The notes beneath the pieces are model-generated. The model searched no databases. It saw only the letters and a list, made by a program, of their open reading frames with translations, and had not been told where the DNA came from. Both the position numbers and the translations under genes were made by a program. A stretch of 64,000 bases of DNA from Octopus bimaculoides (lineage: Eukaryota): positions 3,939,938 through 4,003,937 of the forward strand of contig NC_068994.1 of assembly GCF_001194135.2 (NCBI RefSeq), read 5' to 3'. Below are positions 49,273 through 63,733 of the stretch, one piece after another. Within the stretch, counting starts at the first letter, position 1, and each line of letters begins with the position of its first letter.

Positions 49273-51164
49273 ATCTATGCAAGAGGTACATTTAGACGGA
49301 ATATTCAGCCGGTCACTCTCTCCCATAAACCTGTTCGATCAACCGAATTACCCGCTCCTGAATTAACGTTCAAACGGTTGAATATTCTACAAATAACCTT
49401 CAAATAATTCTCAGGGAGAACCAGCATGATACAATGTATGACAAAGCTATGCCTCTTTGAATTACAGGTACAATCCAACCGACGGGAGAGTTTCCGTGAA
49501 CTCAAAGCTTCAAAAAAAAAAATGACATTTGCCCAAGATACAAAGTAGCAGGATCGAACCCGAGACCCTGTGCTTGCGAAGATAACTTCTTAACCATTCG
49601 ATCTGCAAGAAGTTCCACATTGACAGATGGATTATGTCAACGAGAAGCTTCTTGGTAAAAGGGTCAGTTTTTATCTGAAGCCTCATCGATGTTAAGTGAA
49701 CGTGAGAGAAGAGATGGCAGAAGTCCCAGTCAGCGACTGCAATGCAGAAAAAGATTCACAGCTAGTATGACTAATTGAGATCTGCCAACATTAAATGAGG
49801 GAGTCTATACGTGGTCGATAGACCTGCTTCCAATAGCAGTCAAATCTCCCTCAGAACGGCCTTAAAAAAAGAGAGAGACGTTGTTATAACACAGTCCAGT
49901 GTACACTATTCCTTGGGGTGAGGAAAAGGGTGTGATGGTTATAGCTTGAATACTTTTTTTTAATCAGAGTCGACAGGGGGGTTGTTTAGCTTTGCCTCAC
50001 GTCTTCCAACTGACTGTAGGAGAGACGCCCTATTATGTCTGCAAGGACCAGAGATCGAAATATTGATGAGACAATGAGCTGTCTGATAAATTAAGAGGCT
50101 TCGTAAGCATGGCCAAAACGGATGATGAGTGTTTCCCTTCACTTAAAATATAAACAGCAACAGCAAATGGTTCGACGACCTCCCAAAATATTGCAAACTA
50201 ATTGAATATTGTGGATGAATTCTCCTCTTCACCATCAGGTTTTGGTATTTCTTCAGGCACGGCAACCTCACAAGCTGAACGTCTTTAAACCAACAGAAAC
50301 GAGCTCTTATCAGACTAAGGTCCATCTTTTCATTATCCGCTTCTCTCTCGCTCCGTCCGTTTCTTTATTAAAATCTTTTTCTATCCATCTCCCGCCATCC
50401 ACTTTATTTTAAATCTTTCCACTCTCTTGAAAACATTCGTCTGGTCAACCCCACATGGCTGGAACTTTTGTTACCCCAGCAGAATCACAAAACGTGTGAC
50501 CTTTTAAACAATTAAGGGTACTACTCGTGAGAAGTATGTGCAGATACATATATAAATTACGCGCTTAAGCATGTCATACGAACACAAACACTGAATATAA
50601 TGTGTAAGAAATCCTGTCCAGAATTATTTTCAACTATTTTCCTCAACTCACAGACAATCACATAGGTGTTTCCACACACAGAAGACAAGTGTGTATGTGT
50701 GTGTGTGTGGTAGTAAAGGGAGAAAGGCTTGTGTGTATGTCCGTGCGAAGAGAGATAAGTATGTGTACGCTGGCGCGGCCGTGTGTGTGATGTGTGTGTG
50801 TGTGTGGATGTGTCAGATGTCAGACTGCATGGTTGTATTGTTAAAAGTACTATAAATTATAGTCGACTGCAGGTGGAAGCAGGAGGTACAGGGAGACACA
50901 ATTACGGCCGGCTACTGGCACACACACACGCTTAGATTTTTCTTTTAAAGTATGCATACATACACACACACATACACATGTGTACGTAACCACATTTGGA
51001 TTACATGTGTATGGATATATATAAATATGATAATACATAGGTATATCCATACATACATGTACACATACACATATAGGATAGCCACATATATAGATATATT
51101 ATACAGCCACACAAATACATATAACCACATATATATATAGAGAGAGAGAGACAGACAGACAGAC

Positions 51165-51200
<36 letters not shown>

Positions 51201-51212
51201 CATACACGCACG

Positions 51213-51247
<35 letters not shown>

Positions 51248-51860
51248 TTGTAATGAGTGATGTGGTGATGATGGGGCAGAATAGGTGGTAGTAATTAAAA
51301 GTCATCCAGACGGTAATGAAGCAAGCGACAGCTCATTAGAGTAACAAAGATGCCAACGTCGAAGACAGAGTGACACAGAGAGACAGATAGACAAATAGAT
51401 AGACTGATTGAACTAATAAATTTATATATGTATATAGGCAGACAGATATACAGACATAATAGAATAATTGATAGAAAAGAAACAGGGAGAAAGTCAGACA
51501 CACACACACACATATATTTATATGCATACACACATGCATATATATATACTCACTTAGAAAGAGAGGAGAGAGAGAAAGAGAGGGTGACTTTTGCCATGGT
51601 GCCGTTCCCATAGCTATTTCCATGGAGAAGGGAACCTGCCATACAACGGGCGAATAGCCGATTATATGAATCGACCGTTGAAAATTTGAAAGGGCCAACT
51701 CACTAGATGAACATCGTATATATATACATATATATATATATATNNNNNNNNNNATATATGTGTGTGTGTGTGTGTGTGTGTCCATGTGTTTATATACTAA
51801 TAAATATATGTAGACTTACATATAGAAGCACCTACGTTGTGTGCAGAAAGTTTAATACAA

Positions 51861-51896
<36 letters not shown>

Positions 51897-52076
51897 GCGT
51901 AGAAATATGATAATATAAAGACCTAATCAGATATATGTGTATATAGTGTTTACGCTGCGTATATTATGCATACATAGATTGGCCTTAGTCGTGATGGTTA
52001 TATAGCTGTATATAAGTATGTATGTTTAAACGTACGTACGTATGTGTGTATTATATATCTGTACGTACGTATGTGG

Positions 52077-52152
<76 letters not shown>

Positions 52153-52516
52153 ATTTGTACCTCTATATTTACAACAGTTACCCTGAATGCATGCTACATC
52201 ACATTTATAATACAGACAAACACACACACTGAAGCGTGTAGATGTTGGTGAGTGTACATACACTTAATATGATAATGATGATGGTGTAGCCGATGAAGAC
52301 ATCATGATGATGCTTGTGGTGGTAGCTAGCATCAGTATAATACACACATACACTTATTTATAATTACACACACACATATACAATCTGTATATATATATAT
52401 ATATATGTACGTACATATACTCGAATCATTTATATATAAATACACATGATTTGTATAGCTGTCAGAATATATATATATATATATATATATGCACAGACAC
52501 ACACGCATATAGACTA

Positions 52517-52577
<61 letters not shown>

Positions 52578-52685
52578 AGTATAATATATATATTCATGCA
52601 AACATATGCATTGTACAGACACGTACATACACACATATATATATACACAGAGGAGAGAGGAAGATTATTATGCACAAGCTCACAC

Positions 52686-52730
<45 letters not shown>

Positions 52731-53081
52731 AATATAGAAGCATATATGTGCGTATGTATACGTATGTGTGTGCGTGTATGTATTGTGTACATATATGTGT
52801 GTGTGTGTGTGTATAACTGTGTGTCTGTATGTGAATATAGGCGACGGCAGGAGTTGTAGAAAAAGCATTTTCGGTGTGTGTGTCAGTCGATCCATCCATC
52901 TCTAGATTATTATGTTGCAGAAAACCCCATGAAGCACTCCGGTGTGTAAAAAAAAGAAGATTTTTTCAGAGACCAGAAATCCCTCACATCCATCTTACAC
53001 GATGTGTAGCCTAGGAGCACCTTGCTGCATGAAAATAAACATTATAGGCAAAACATGGGAGTTAGGACGGCTAGAACTTAC

Positions 53082-53230
53082 CTCCATCTCACTGGCTTCC
53101 CTCCTCTCGTGGTTTTCTCTACGCTTGTAGTTGTTGCTGTTGTTGTTGTTGCTGTTTCCTCCGCTTTTCTCCCTACCAAACTCTCCCACTCCCCCTCGCC
53201 TTGTCAGCTTCTCCCTCTCTTTAGACGTGT
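53082..53230 (-). promoter_or_regulatory. candidate first exon of a minus-strand transcript (possibly ZF-C)
   Basis: Consensus donor GAG|GTAAGT (GT at 53081-53080) ends a purine-rich, CpG-retaining segment. The link to ZF-C, 15 kb away, is unproven and the 5' boundary is a guess. Confidence 0.3.
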
Positions 53231-54399
53231 CTATGTGGACGTATACTATACATATGTGTATGTGTTTATATAGTTTTATATGTATGGAGGTATTATTTCA
53301 TAAAAACTCTCACCCTCCCTCATTCTCGCTAATTCAGTTCTAGTCTTTCTTTTGCCCCCTCTCTCTCTCTTCTGTCTCTATCTTTTTCCTGTTTGTAGAA
53401 ATTCCCCTCACTACTCCCCTTTCTTAATATGTATTTTCCGTACCTCTCACCCTCTCTCTTTTTCGCTGGCACTTCTCCTCTAACACATTTATCTACCTTT
53501 CTCTGTCCTTGTTGCTTTTACTCTCTTTTCTCCCACTCCTCCTCTTATATGTTTATCTGTTTTTCTATCTCCATGTCACTCTGTCCTCTCTTCCTTCTCC
53601 CCCTCTCGCTCTCTTATAAACTCTCTCCTTCTCTCTCTCCCTTCGTTAGCCTCAATGCTCCGTTTATCCTCTCACATAATTATATCCATCTCTCATTATA
53701 AACCTCTCTCACTCTCTCTCTTTTCATTACTCCTTCTCTCTCTATTTAGCTTGCTTCTGATTGCGGAACTCCCCAACAAACTACACACAGACAGACAAGA
53801 AATAAACTTCATCTCCTCCTCCTCCTCCTCCTTCCTCCTTCCACAATTAACATGGCTTCCACTTCTTTTCTTCTTCCTTTCTATCACATCTCTCTTTCTT
53901 TCTCCCAATCTCTCTCTCTCTACCTTTCTATCCATTCACCCTACCTTTCTAATTCATTATCTGTCTATCTTCTCTCCTTTCCCCCCTCTCTCTCTCTCTA
54001 TATATATATATCCTTTCTATCTCTCTCTCTCTATATATATATATATCCTTTCTATCTCTCTCTTTATTCTTCTCTATTTTTCTTTGTCCTTCTTACTTCT
54101 TCCCTCTCTGCTTTTCTTGTCTGTCCGTCAATCTCTCCTATCTCTCTATCTACCAACTTGTCTGTCTATCTTTCTATCTTTCTATCTGTCAGGCTGTCTC
54201 TTTCTCTGCCTGTCTCTAACAATTTATCCAACACACACACAGACATCCAACTCCTCTCCCCCACTCCCTTCGTCCCCCACTCCTTAACCCGACCCTTCCT
54301 TCCCTCCATCACCAGGGTACCCCTGGTCCACGATATTTCACTTCTAGCCACCTTACCCCACCAACATCAAGTCCAACCCTAACGATCACCACAACCACC

Positions 54400-57300
54400 C
54401 ATACCCCCACCCCCACAACACCACCGCCGCCGCCGCCGCTCCATCCACCCAGCGCACGAACATATCTCCAGCATCAACTCCNNNNNNNNNNTACTACTAC
54501 TACTGCCACACAACACTCGCACCCCCCCGCCTCCTCGTACCATCGCTGTCAGCTACTGCCTCTACCATCACTATCGCATTAACAACCAGTATTACCACCA
54601 CCACCACCACCACCGCCGCCGCCGCCGCTCCATCCACCCAGCGCACGAACATATCTCCAGCATCAACTCCATCATCACCATTATCGTTTCACTATGACTA
54701 CCAACGCCACCACCACCTCCGCCACTCGCATAATTCTCTTCTTCACTGTGACTACCACCACCACCACCACCATCACCACCATCACCGTTATCTTACGCTA
54801 TGGCTACTACCCCCAGCCTCACCACCACCACCACCACCACCACTACTGTTATCGTTATTTTCATTATGACTACCGCCGCCGCCACCACCAGCACCAGCAC
54901 CACCACCACCGTCTTCACTATGACTACCAGTATCACCACCGTTATGTTAACCACCACCACCACTACCACCGCCGCCGCCGTCGCCGCCACCATCACGAAT
55001 AAAGACGCTACTAACAGCAACTAATAATACACAGCAACATCAGAAAAAAACATAACAGCGATATCATCATCATCATCATCATCATCATCACCGACAACAC
55101 AAACTGCACTGAGAAAACGGCAGCGATATTAACTTCACCACCACCACCACCACCATCATCATCAACAATAGCATCATCATCATCAACCATAAGCGTAATC
55201 ATTGTCATAGCCATCATCATCGCCATATTCATCATGAACAACAACTGCACTAACAAAACAGCAGCAGCAACATTAACTTCCTCGCCGCCGCCGCCGCCAC
55301 CATCATCATCGACAATAGCATCATCATCGTCGTCATCATCATCGTCATCATCATTATTGCTGTCGTAGTCATATTCAGCAGCAGTCATAGCAGCAGTAGC
55401 ATCACCATCATCACAATCACAATCCTCATCAACACAATCGTTGTCATTGTTGTCCCCCCCCCCTTCGACTTCCCCCTCCTCTTCATCACCATCATCATCG
55501 TCATCATCAAAAAACAACACCTGCAATAACAAAACAACAACAACAACAACAGCAGTAGTTACAATAAAACTAAGCAGTGACTTGGCTGAGTTGTTAGAGT
55601 GTTGGGCAAAATACGTTGGTTCTGGTTCTGTGCATTCTGGGTTCGAACCCTGATAAAGACAACTTTACCTTTTTATCCCTTCAGGGCCAATAAATAAGAT
55701 ACCCGTCTAAAACCAGGGATTGCAAGAATTTTTAGAGTGTTGAATAGAGATACCTTTTGATATTTACTGCGGCCCTTTTGTGTCTTGAGTTCCTGAGTGG
55801 TGGATTTANNNNNNNNNNNNNNNNNNNNNNNNNNNNNNNNNNNNNNNNNNNNNNNNNNNNNNNNNNNNNNNNNNNNNNNNNNNNNNNNNNNNNNNNNNNN
55901 NNNNNNNNNNNNNNNNNNNNNNNNNNNNNNNNNNNNNNNNNNNNNNNNNNNNNNNNNNNNNNNNNNNNNNNNNNNNNNNNNNNNNNNNNNNNNNNNNNNN
56001 NNNNNNNNNNNNNNNNNNNNNNNNNNNNNNNNNNNNNNNNNNNNNNNNNNNNNNNNNNNNNNNNNNNNNNNNNNNNNNNNNNNNNNNNNNNNNNNNNNNN
56101 NNNNNNNNNNNNNNNNNNNNNNNNNNNNNNNNNNNNNNNNNNNNNNNNNNNNNNNNNNNNNNNNNNNNNNNNNNNNNNNNNNNNNNNNNNNNNNNNNNNN
56201 NNNNNNNNNNNNNNNNNNNNNNNNNNNNNNNNNNNNNNNNNNNNNNNNNNNNNNNNNNNNNNNNNNNNNNNNNNNNNNNNNNNNNNNNNNNNNNNNNNNN
56301 NNNNNNNNNNNNNNNNNNNNNNNNNNNNNNNNNNNNNNNNNNNNNNNNNNNNNNNNNNNNNNNNNNNNNNNNNNNNNNNNNNNNNNNNNNNNNNNNNNNN
56401 NNNNNNNNNNNNGACGACAACCACCACCACCACCACCACCACTACTACCGCCACAACCACCGCTACCACACTGATAACCACCATCACCCCACCCCCACCA
56501 CCACCACTACCATTACCACCTGTACCCTCTCCACCATGACCACTACCAGCGTCCACCACTACCGCCACTACTACTACCACCATCACCATCACCACCACCA
56601 CTACCTTCACTACTACCTCTATCACCACCATCACAACTACCATGACGATGACAAGAACTATCACCACCACCACTACCACCTGTACCATCTGCAACAACAT
56701 GACCACCACTAACACCCACCATCACTACCACCGCCACCACGTCTTCCGTCACTACTACCAACAGCAACAATACAAACTTCACTCATCACTGATATCTTAA
56801 AACATAAAAGACACCAACACTACCACCACCACCACCACAACAGCAAGAACATCACTACCACCACCATCACCACAACATCAGTCCTACTACAGCACAAACA
56901 CCCATTCCACAAACGCTACTACCACTATTGTCATCACCACAAGACTACTACAACACAAACAACTACTTCACAAACATTACAACAACCACCACCACTACAA
57001 CACCAACATCTACGACTACCACTACTACTACTACTACTACTATTGCTGCTGCTGCTGCTGCTACTACTCTCACAACTTTAGCACAAACAGCCACTAACAC
57101 CAGTGAATGACCACCACAACAGTGGTTGCTTGACCTGCTGGAAAAAGTAGCAAAGTCCACCTCCCATCACACCTGTACTATCTTCTGAAAGGAAGGACAC
57201 CTCAGACTGGATGCTGTCTGTGTCTGGAAAGATTTTTTAAAAGGGGGGGGGGGGGTGATTGCAACCCCTTTTGTTGTAGAACCTGTATGAGGAGCAGGAC

Positions 57301-58318
57301 TGACCCGGGGTTACACAACAGCTAACAGTGCAAAAATAAAGAAAAAACAACAAAAAAAGCAACTAAAATTAAAATTTAAAAAAATACGATTTGAACAGTT
57401 TTTCATATAAAAAAAATTGACAAAATATATCCATCCTCCTCATCATCATCATCATTATTGTCAACATCAAGGCCATCGTCACCCCCTCCACCCCCAATGA
57501 CACCTCTGCTGTCACTATCATCATCATCATCATCATTGTTATTGCTATAATCAATATCTTCATTATTAACATTGTTATTGTCATCATCATCACCATCATC
57601 ATTATCATCATCATCAGCATCAACTTCGCCACCACCACCACTATCACTACCATCACCACCATCGTCATCATCGTCACCATCATCATATTCACCACACCCA
57701 CCTGATCCTCACCGCCCTCCTCCTCCTCCTCCTCATCGTCATTAATCTAATACCATCTCTGCCATTATTTATTTCCACCTAGTCCTTAACCATCATCATC
57801 ATCATCATCACTATAGTCACCATTGAAACCCCCACACCACCCCTCCACCACCACCAATAACAACAGCCAATACCACCCCCTCCACCACCACCACCATCAT
57901 CATCATCATCACACAGTAATTATCCTCCCTGCTGGAGCTTCTATGGGTGTCACTCTTCTAGAAATAGCAGCCAAATCTCCTTCATACCACACCTTGCTAA
58001 CTTAGAAGGAAGGACACATTGGATAATAGAGTGCTACATGCACTTATGCACGTGGGACAAGGCAGGGTGGTCATAACTGGATACCTTTGTTCGTGGGCCT
58101 GGAACTAAATAACAACAACAACCGCTATCACTACCATCATACCATCAGCACCAATAACAACACCATCATCATCATCAACATCATCACCATCATCATCCTC
58201 GTCATCATCATCATCATCATCATTCTCGTCGTCATCATCATCATCCTCCTCCTCGTCATCATCATCATCATCGTCATCATCATCATCATCATCCTCCTCG
58301 TCATCATCATCATCGTCG

Positions 58319-58349
<31 letters not shown>

Positions 58350-59150
58350 CGTCGTCATCATCATCATCATCATCACCATCATCGTCGTCGTCGTCATCAC
58401 CATCATCATCATCGTCATCCTCGTCATCATCATCATCATCGTCATCATCATCATCATCGTCGTCGTCGTCATCACCATCATCGTCGTCATCACCATCATC
58501 ATCACCATCATCATCATCGTCATCATCATAGTCATACATTATCGTCATCATAATAGCCACTGATTTATCAGCAGCAGCAGTAATTTCCTCGTATCGCATT
58601 ATCATCATCAAGATGATGATAATGAGTAATCATGATGATCACCATCATCATAATCATCATCATCATCGTCATCACATTACTCAATACCTACCATCTTTAT
58701 CATCATCATCATCATCATCATCCTCTTATCATCATCATTATAATCATTATAACCACCACCACCGCCGCCGCCGCCACCGCCACCATCATCGCCGTCGTCC
58801 TGATTAGCATTCTTATAATGACCATAAATGATTGTAATCCCCATCATTGTAAACATGTTTTTCGTCATCACTAATCCTCTTCTCTCTTCTAACCACCACC
58901 ACAACCATTAATATGGTCTACCACCACCACTATCACCACGATCGCTACTACAACCATTGTGTCACCGAGTCCACTACCACTACCACTACCACCACCGCCG
59001 CCGACAGCGTCACCATCAAGATGTCCATCACTCTGTCCACTGCCATCATTGCATCAACGTTTCCGCCACAACCAACATCACCACCATCACTAATTATTCG
59101 TTATTACCCAAGGGTTGTTATAATCTTAATAAAACAGTCCCCCAAAAAAT
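54400..59150. repeat. compound trinucleotide low-complexity field: (CAC)n, (CAT)n, (CCG)n, (TAC)n
   Basis: Directly visible; interrupted by gaps (54482-54491, 55809-56412) and SINE fragments. Confidence 0.9.
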
Positions 59151-59954
59151 AATAATGACACAAAACCCATTAAAAACTGCTTACTGCTCTAGTGTGAGGG
59201 CATAACTTCAGAGAAAATGAATTCTTTGAGCCGGTTTCAATTCGTAACAAGTGAATTTATATCGTTAAAATATAAGTTTGGGTAAAACACTTCACACTTT
59301 GAGCCGCCATTTCCCTTCTGAACCGTTTCGAAGGGAAATGAAGATATTTGTTATAAATTAATATCTACGCTAATATTGTTTTGATCCCCAGCTCAGGTTG
59401 CATCCAGCAGACCTAAAAGACATTCCAGTCTGATCATTCCGTCTTAATTCTTTTATATTTTCAAACAAGATGTATCTAGGACAACACGATACTATGTCGT
59501 TTTAATTTTTTAATACAGCAGAGAGATTGGAGTATGGTTTAACTACTTTTTCTAGCATGTTGTTGAGGGAAGATTTGTTGAGACGCTGAAAACAATGCTG
59601 GCGGTATTTGAGCATGTGTGTTTATATTCCAGGTTCAAATACCCGCAATGTTAACTATTGTCTTTCGTTTTTTCTTGGGTCAATAAAATAAGAACCGCTC
59701 AAATATTCATGAAGAGGTTTCAAGCAACTGTACCCTTCCACTAGTTGTAGAGATGAATGGTTTCAATTCTTGGACCGGATGATGCGCAAAAGACTCCATT
59801 GCTGCAGCCACTTAACTTGGCAAAAGTGAGTAATCCTGCGACGAACAGACGTCCGCAGTGGAAGGTAGAGATTTTATATGTCATTACAGAATCCGGGAAA
59901 ATGGCCTTAAGCGCTTAAGGCTCAGGAAAGACTGTTGATCCTTATATATATACA

Positions 59955-60019
<65 letters not shown>

Positions 60020-61596
60020 NNNNNNNNNNNNNNNNNNNNNNNNNNNNNNNNNNNNNNNNNNNNNNNNNNNNNNNNNNNNNNNNNNNNNNNNNNNNNNNNN
60101 NNNNNNNNNNNNNNNNNNNNNNNNNNNNNNNNNNNNNNNNNNNNNNNNNNNNNNNNNNNNNNNNNNNNNNNNNNNNNNNNNNNNNNNNNNNNNNNNNNNN
60201 NNNNNNNNNNNNNNNNNNNNNNNNNNNNNNNNNNNNNNNNNNNNNNNNNNNNNNNNNNNNNNNNNNNNNNNNNNNNNNNNNNNNNNNNNNNNNNNNNNNN
60301 NNNNNNNNNNNNNNNNNNNNNNNNNNNNNNNNNNNNNNNNNNNNNNNNNNNNNNNNNNNNNNNNNNNNNNNNNNNNNNNNNNNNNNNNNNNNNNNNNNNN
60401 NNNNNNNNNNNNNNNNNNNNNNNNNNNNNNNNNNNNNNNNNNNNNNNNNNNNNNNNNNNATATATATATTATTTTCTGAGCTTCCCAAAATAAATACCAG
60501 AAATAAATTTCTAGTTGGTATCTATGTAAGAAATCATAAGTCTTATCACATTGACGAAGAGCGATTCTTTACATATGCTGTAACCAATGCCTTGGCAATT
60601 GAAGTCTCTTTAAATCTATCCGTGTCTTCTAATTGCCGATTGTAAGAGACGGTAAAATCGAAGTCTCCTTTCTGCCAGAGTATAAAAGTAGACATTGGGA
60701 AGAAAGAAACTAAACGAACTGGTTAAGTGAATGGGCGGGATATGCAGAGCGGAGATGCAAGCAATCAGTCGTTCATTAAAAATATACTTAAAAATGCAAA
60801 AAATAAATAATATATATTTAAAAGAAAAATAATTTAATGTAAACACACGGGCATTTAAAAAGACAAGAAAATAAAAACTCAAAGACAAGAATTAGTTTAA
60901 TTTTCATTAATAATTGCTCCACTTTCTTTTCTGTGAAAGTATCTAGCTGACTTGGTTCGGTTAATTTCCTCCAAACTAACCAGAAATTATATCTACAAAA
61001 CAGCAAGATAAAAAAAACAAAATGAAAGAAATCGAAAGTAGAATTTACCATGATTGTCGGCGGAAGTTGACACCTTAAAACAGCGACACCTGGTGGACAT
61101 AAAATCAATTACTATATTCATTTCTCGATCCAAGTGGGACTGTCATACTTGAAGCATCACTTTATTTTATTAAGATTAAAATATAATGAAGTTTCACTGA
61201 ACACAGAGGGAGAGAGCCGTGTACGGAACGTCACAGTATTCTATTTAGATTACATTACCAAAAAGGTTCTGCAAACACCCATTTTATTGTTGATTCGTGA
61301 GCATTGTTCTGATTTTAAAGGGTTTCATCGAAAAGAAGAAAGATTGCCATAACTGTCTTCAAACACAAACTTTATATAATAAATGCTGGCAACATTTTGT
61401 GTGTGTGTATACATATACGTCATTAAAACCAAAAGGCCCTTAAGTAAGGGGAGATAATTGGAATTCTCTGAAGGCTCATTAACCGTTCGTTGTACGTATA
61501 TGGCCGTCTGCATTTGTGTAATGCATGTGTAGAAGAAAGTGCTTGTATGTGTAAATACAAATGGAGTATGTGTGAGTTGTGGGGGGAAGGGATTGC

Positions 61597-61688
61597 GGCG
61601 AAGGTAAAGAATACGCACACCCAGCGTTTGGGATTAGGGTTTTTGTTACGCCGATAAACGGGTGGTGTGCGTATTCTTTACCCCCGCC
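61597..61688. repeat. short palindromic element with perfect 18-bp arms
   Basis: GGTAAAGAATACGCACAC (61603-61620) / GTGTGCGTATTCTTTACC (61665-61682), extendable imperfectly both ways. Confidence 0.8.
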
Positions 61689-62397
61689 AGGGACTGGTTA
61701 GTAAGTTTCTAACTGAAGTCTTTCGTAAACGTGTGCATAAGAGCGGATGCGAACGTCTAATGTGTGTGTGTGGTTAAAAAGTTGATTTAAAAATTTGCTT
61801 CCTGACCACATAGTTCTGGTTCAGCCCCACTGGACCTTGGGCAAGTGTCTTCTGTTATAGTTCCAGGTCGACTAAAGTCTTGACAGAAAGTGAAAAGTCT
61901 GTCATATTTATGATGCGCGCGCGTGTGTGTGTATACATTCTCATCTTGATATCAGGTGATAGCTGTAAATGAGCATCCCTGTCATACAAGCGGTGGAAAA
62001 CCTCTCTGGCCATGGAGAAAAAGATGAAGCTTGGTGACAGAAAAGACTTCTGGCCGAAGGAATCTTGAAAACATGGAAAAGTGGACGTTAAATTGATGAT
62101 GGTGATGATGATGATGATATACAACAAGCTTTTTGCCTTTTCCATTGACTAAATCCATTCACAAGTCTTTTAGTTGGTGTGGGGCAACTAAAAACACTCA
62201 TCCAAGATGCTGGGCAGAGTGAGTGACCCGAAAGCCACATGGTTGGGAAGCAACCTCCTTAAGCCCACATCTATTGCCTGTTCCCCATTAGCTGATGAAG
62301 TCTTTCTCTTGCAAGTTACTTGGCAGCCTTGTTTGCCGGTTACTGTCCAACTGTCCAACTCATGCCAGCATGTAAAATAGACATTAAAGTGATGATG

Positions 62398-62429
<32 letters not shown>

Positions 62430-62486
62430 GGCCTAAGGCTATTATAGAATACACTTGCCCAAGGTGCCAAGCAGTGGGACCATGCG

Positions 62487-62539
<53 letters not shown>

Positions 62540-63380
62540 NNNNNNNNNNNNNNNNNNNNNNNNNNNNNNNNNNNNNNNNNNNNNNNNNNNNNNNNNNNNN
62601 NNNNNNNNNNNNNNNNNNNNNNNNNNNNNNNNNNNNNNNNNNNNNNNNNNNNNNNNNNNNNNNNNNNNNNNNNNNNNNNNNNNNNNNNNNNNNNNNNNNN
62701 NNNNNNNNNNNNNNNNNNNNNNNNNNNNNNNNNNNNNNNNNNNNNNNNNNNNNNNNNNNNNNNNNNNNNNNNNNNNNNNNNNNNNNNNNNNNNNNNNNNN
62801 NNNNNNNNNNNNNNNNNNNNNNNNNNNNNNNNNNNNNNNNNNNNNNNNNNNNNNNNNNNNNNNNNNNNNNNNNNNNNNNNNNNNNNNNNNNNNNNNNNNN
62901 NNNNNNNNNNNNNNNNNNNNNNNNNNNNNNNNNNNNNNNNNNNNNNNNNNNNNNNNNNNNNNNNNNNNNNNNNNNNNNNNNNNNNNNNNNNNNNNNNNNN
63001 NNNNNNNNNNNNNNNNNNNNNNNNNNNNNNNNNNNNNNNNNNNNNNNNNNNNNNNNNNNNNNNNNNNNNNNNNNNNNNNNNNNNNNNNNNNNNNNNNNNN
63101 NNNNNNNNNNNNNNNNNNNNNNNNNNNNNNNNNNNNNNNNNNNNNNNNNNNNNNNNNNNNNNNNNNNNNNNNNNNNNNNNNNNNNNNNNNNNNNNNNNNN
63201 NNNNNNNNNNNNNNNNNNNNNNNNNNNNNNNNNNNNNNNNNNNNNNNNNNNNNNNNNNNNNNNNNNNNNNNNNNNNNNNNNNNNNNNNNNNNNNNNNNNN
63301 NNNNNNNNNNNNNNNNNNNNNNNNNNNNNNNNNNNNNNNNNNNNNNNNNNNNNNNNNNNNNNNNNNNNNNNNNNNNNNNC

Positions 63381-63699
63381 ATCAGCATCAGCAACTGCTG
63401 CAAACAGGTCCATCACCATCACCATTATCAACTTATTCAGCTTTACAACTGTCACCACCACCACCACCACCACCACCAATTACTATCACCACTACCACCA
63501 ACACAACAGCCACAACCACTACTAGTGCTACTACCACAACAACTGCTAGTGTCACCATTAACCACTTCAACTACCTGCTTCACCACAACTGTACCACTAC
63601 CAAACACCACAACATCCGTTGCCATCTTCACAACTGCAACTACAACCACATCACAGTGACCATCACAACCGACGCCAATACTACTACCACCATAACCGT

Positions 63700-63733
<34 letters not shown>

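Noticed and set aside
54410-54672. About 65-bp exact repeat across the 10-N gap at 54482-54491
   Set aside because: Likely an assembly overlap artefact.
55011-55532. Acidic/Gly-rich 173-aa minus ORF with an internal repeat, and other polyT/polyV/polyH ORFs in 54-59 kb and 63-64 kb
   Set aside because: Products of compound trinucleotide repeats; no domain, splice or codon evidence.
60556-60745. 49-codon minus ORF (MSTFILWQKGDFDF...) downstream of GC-box and CCAAT-like motifs
   Set aside because: Short with no recognisable homology; cannot be distinguished from chance without transcript data.
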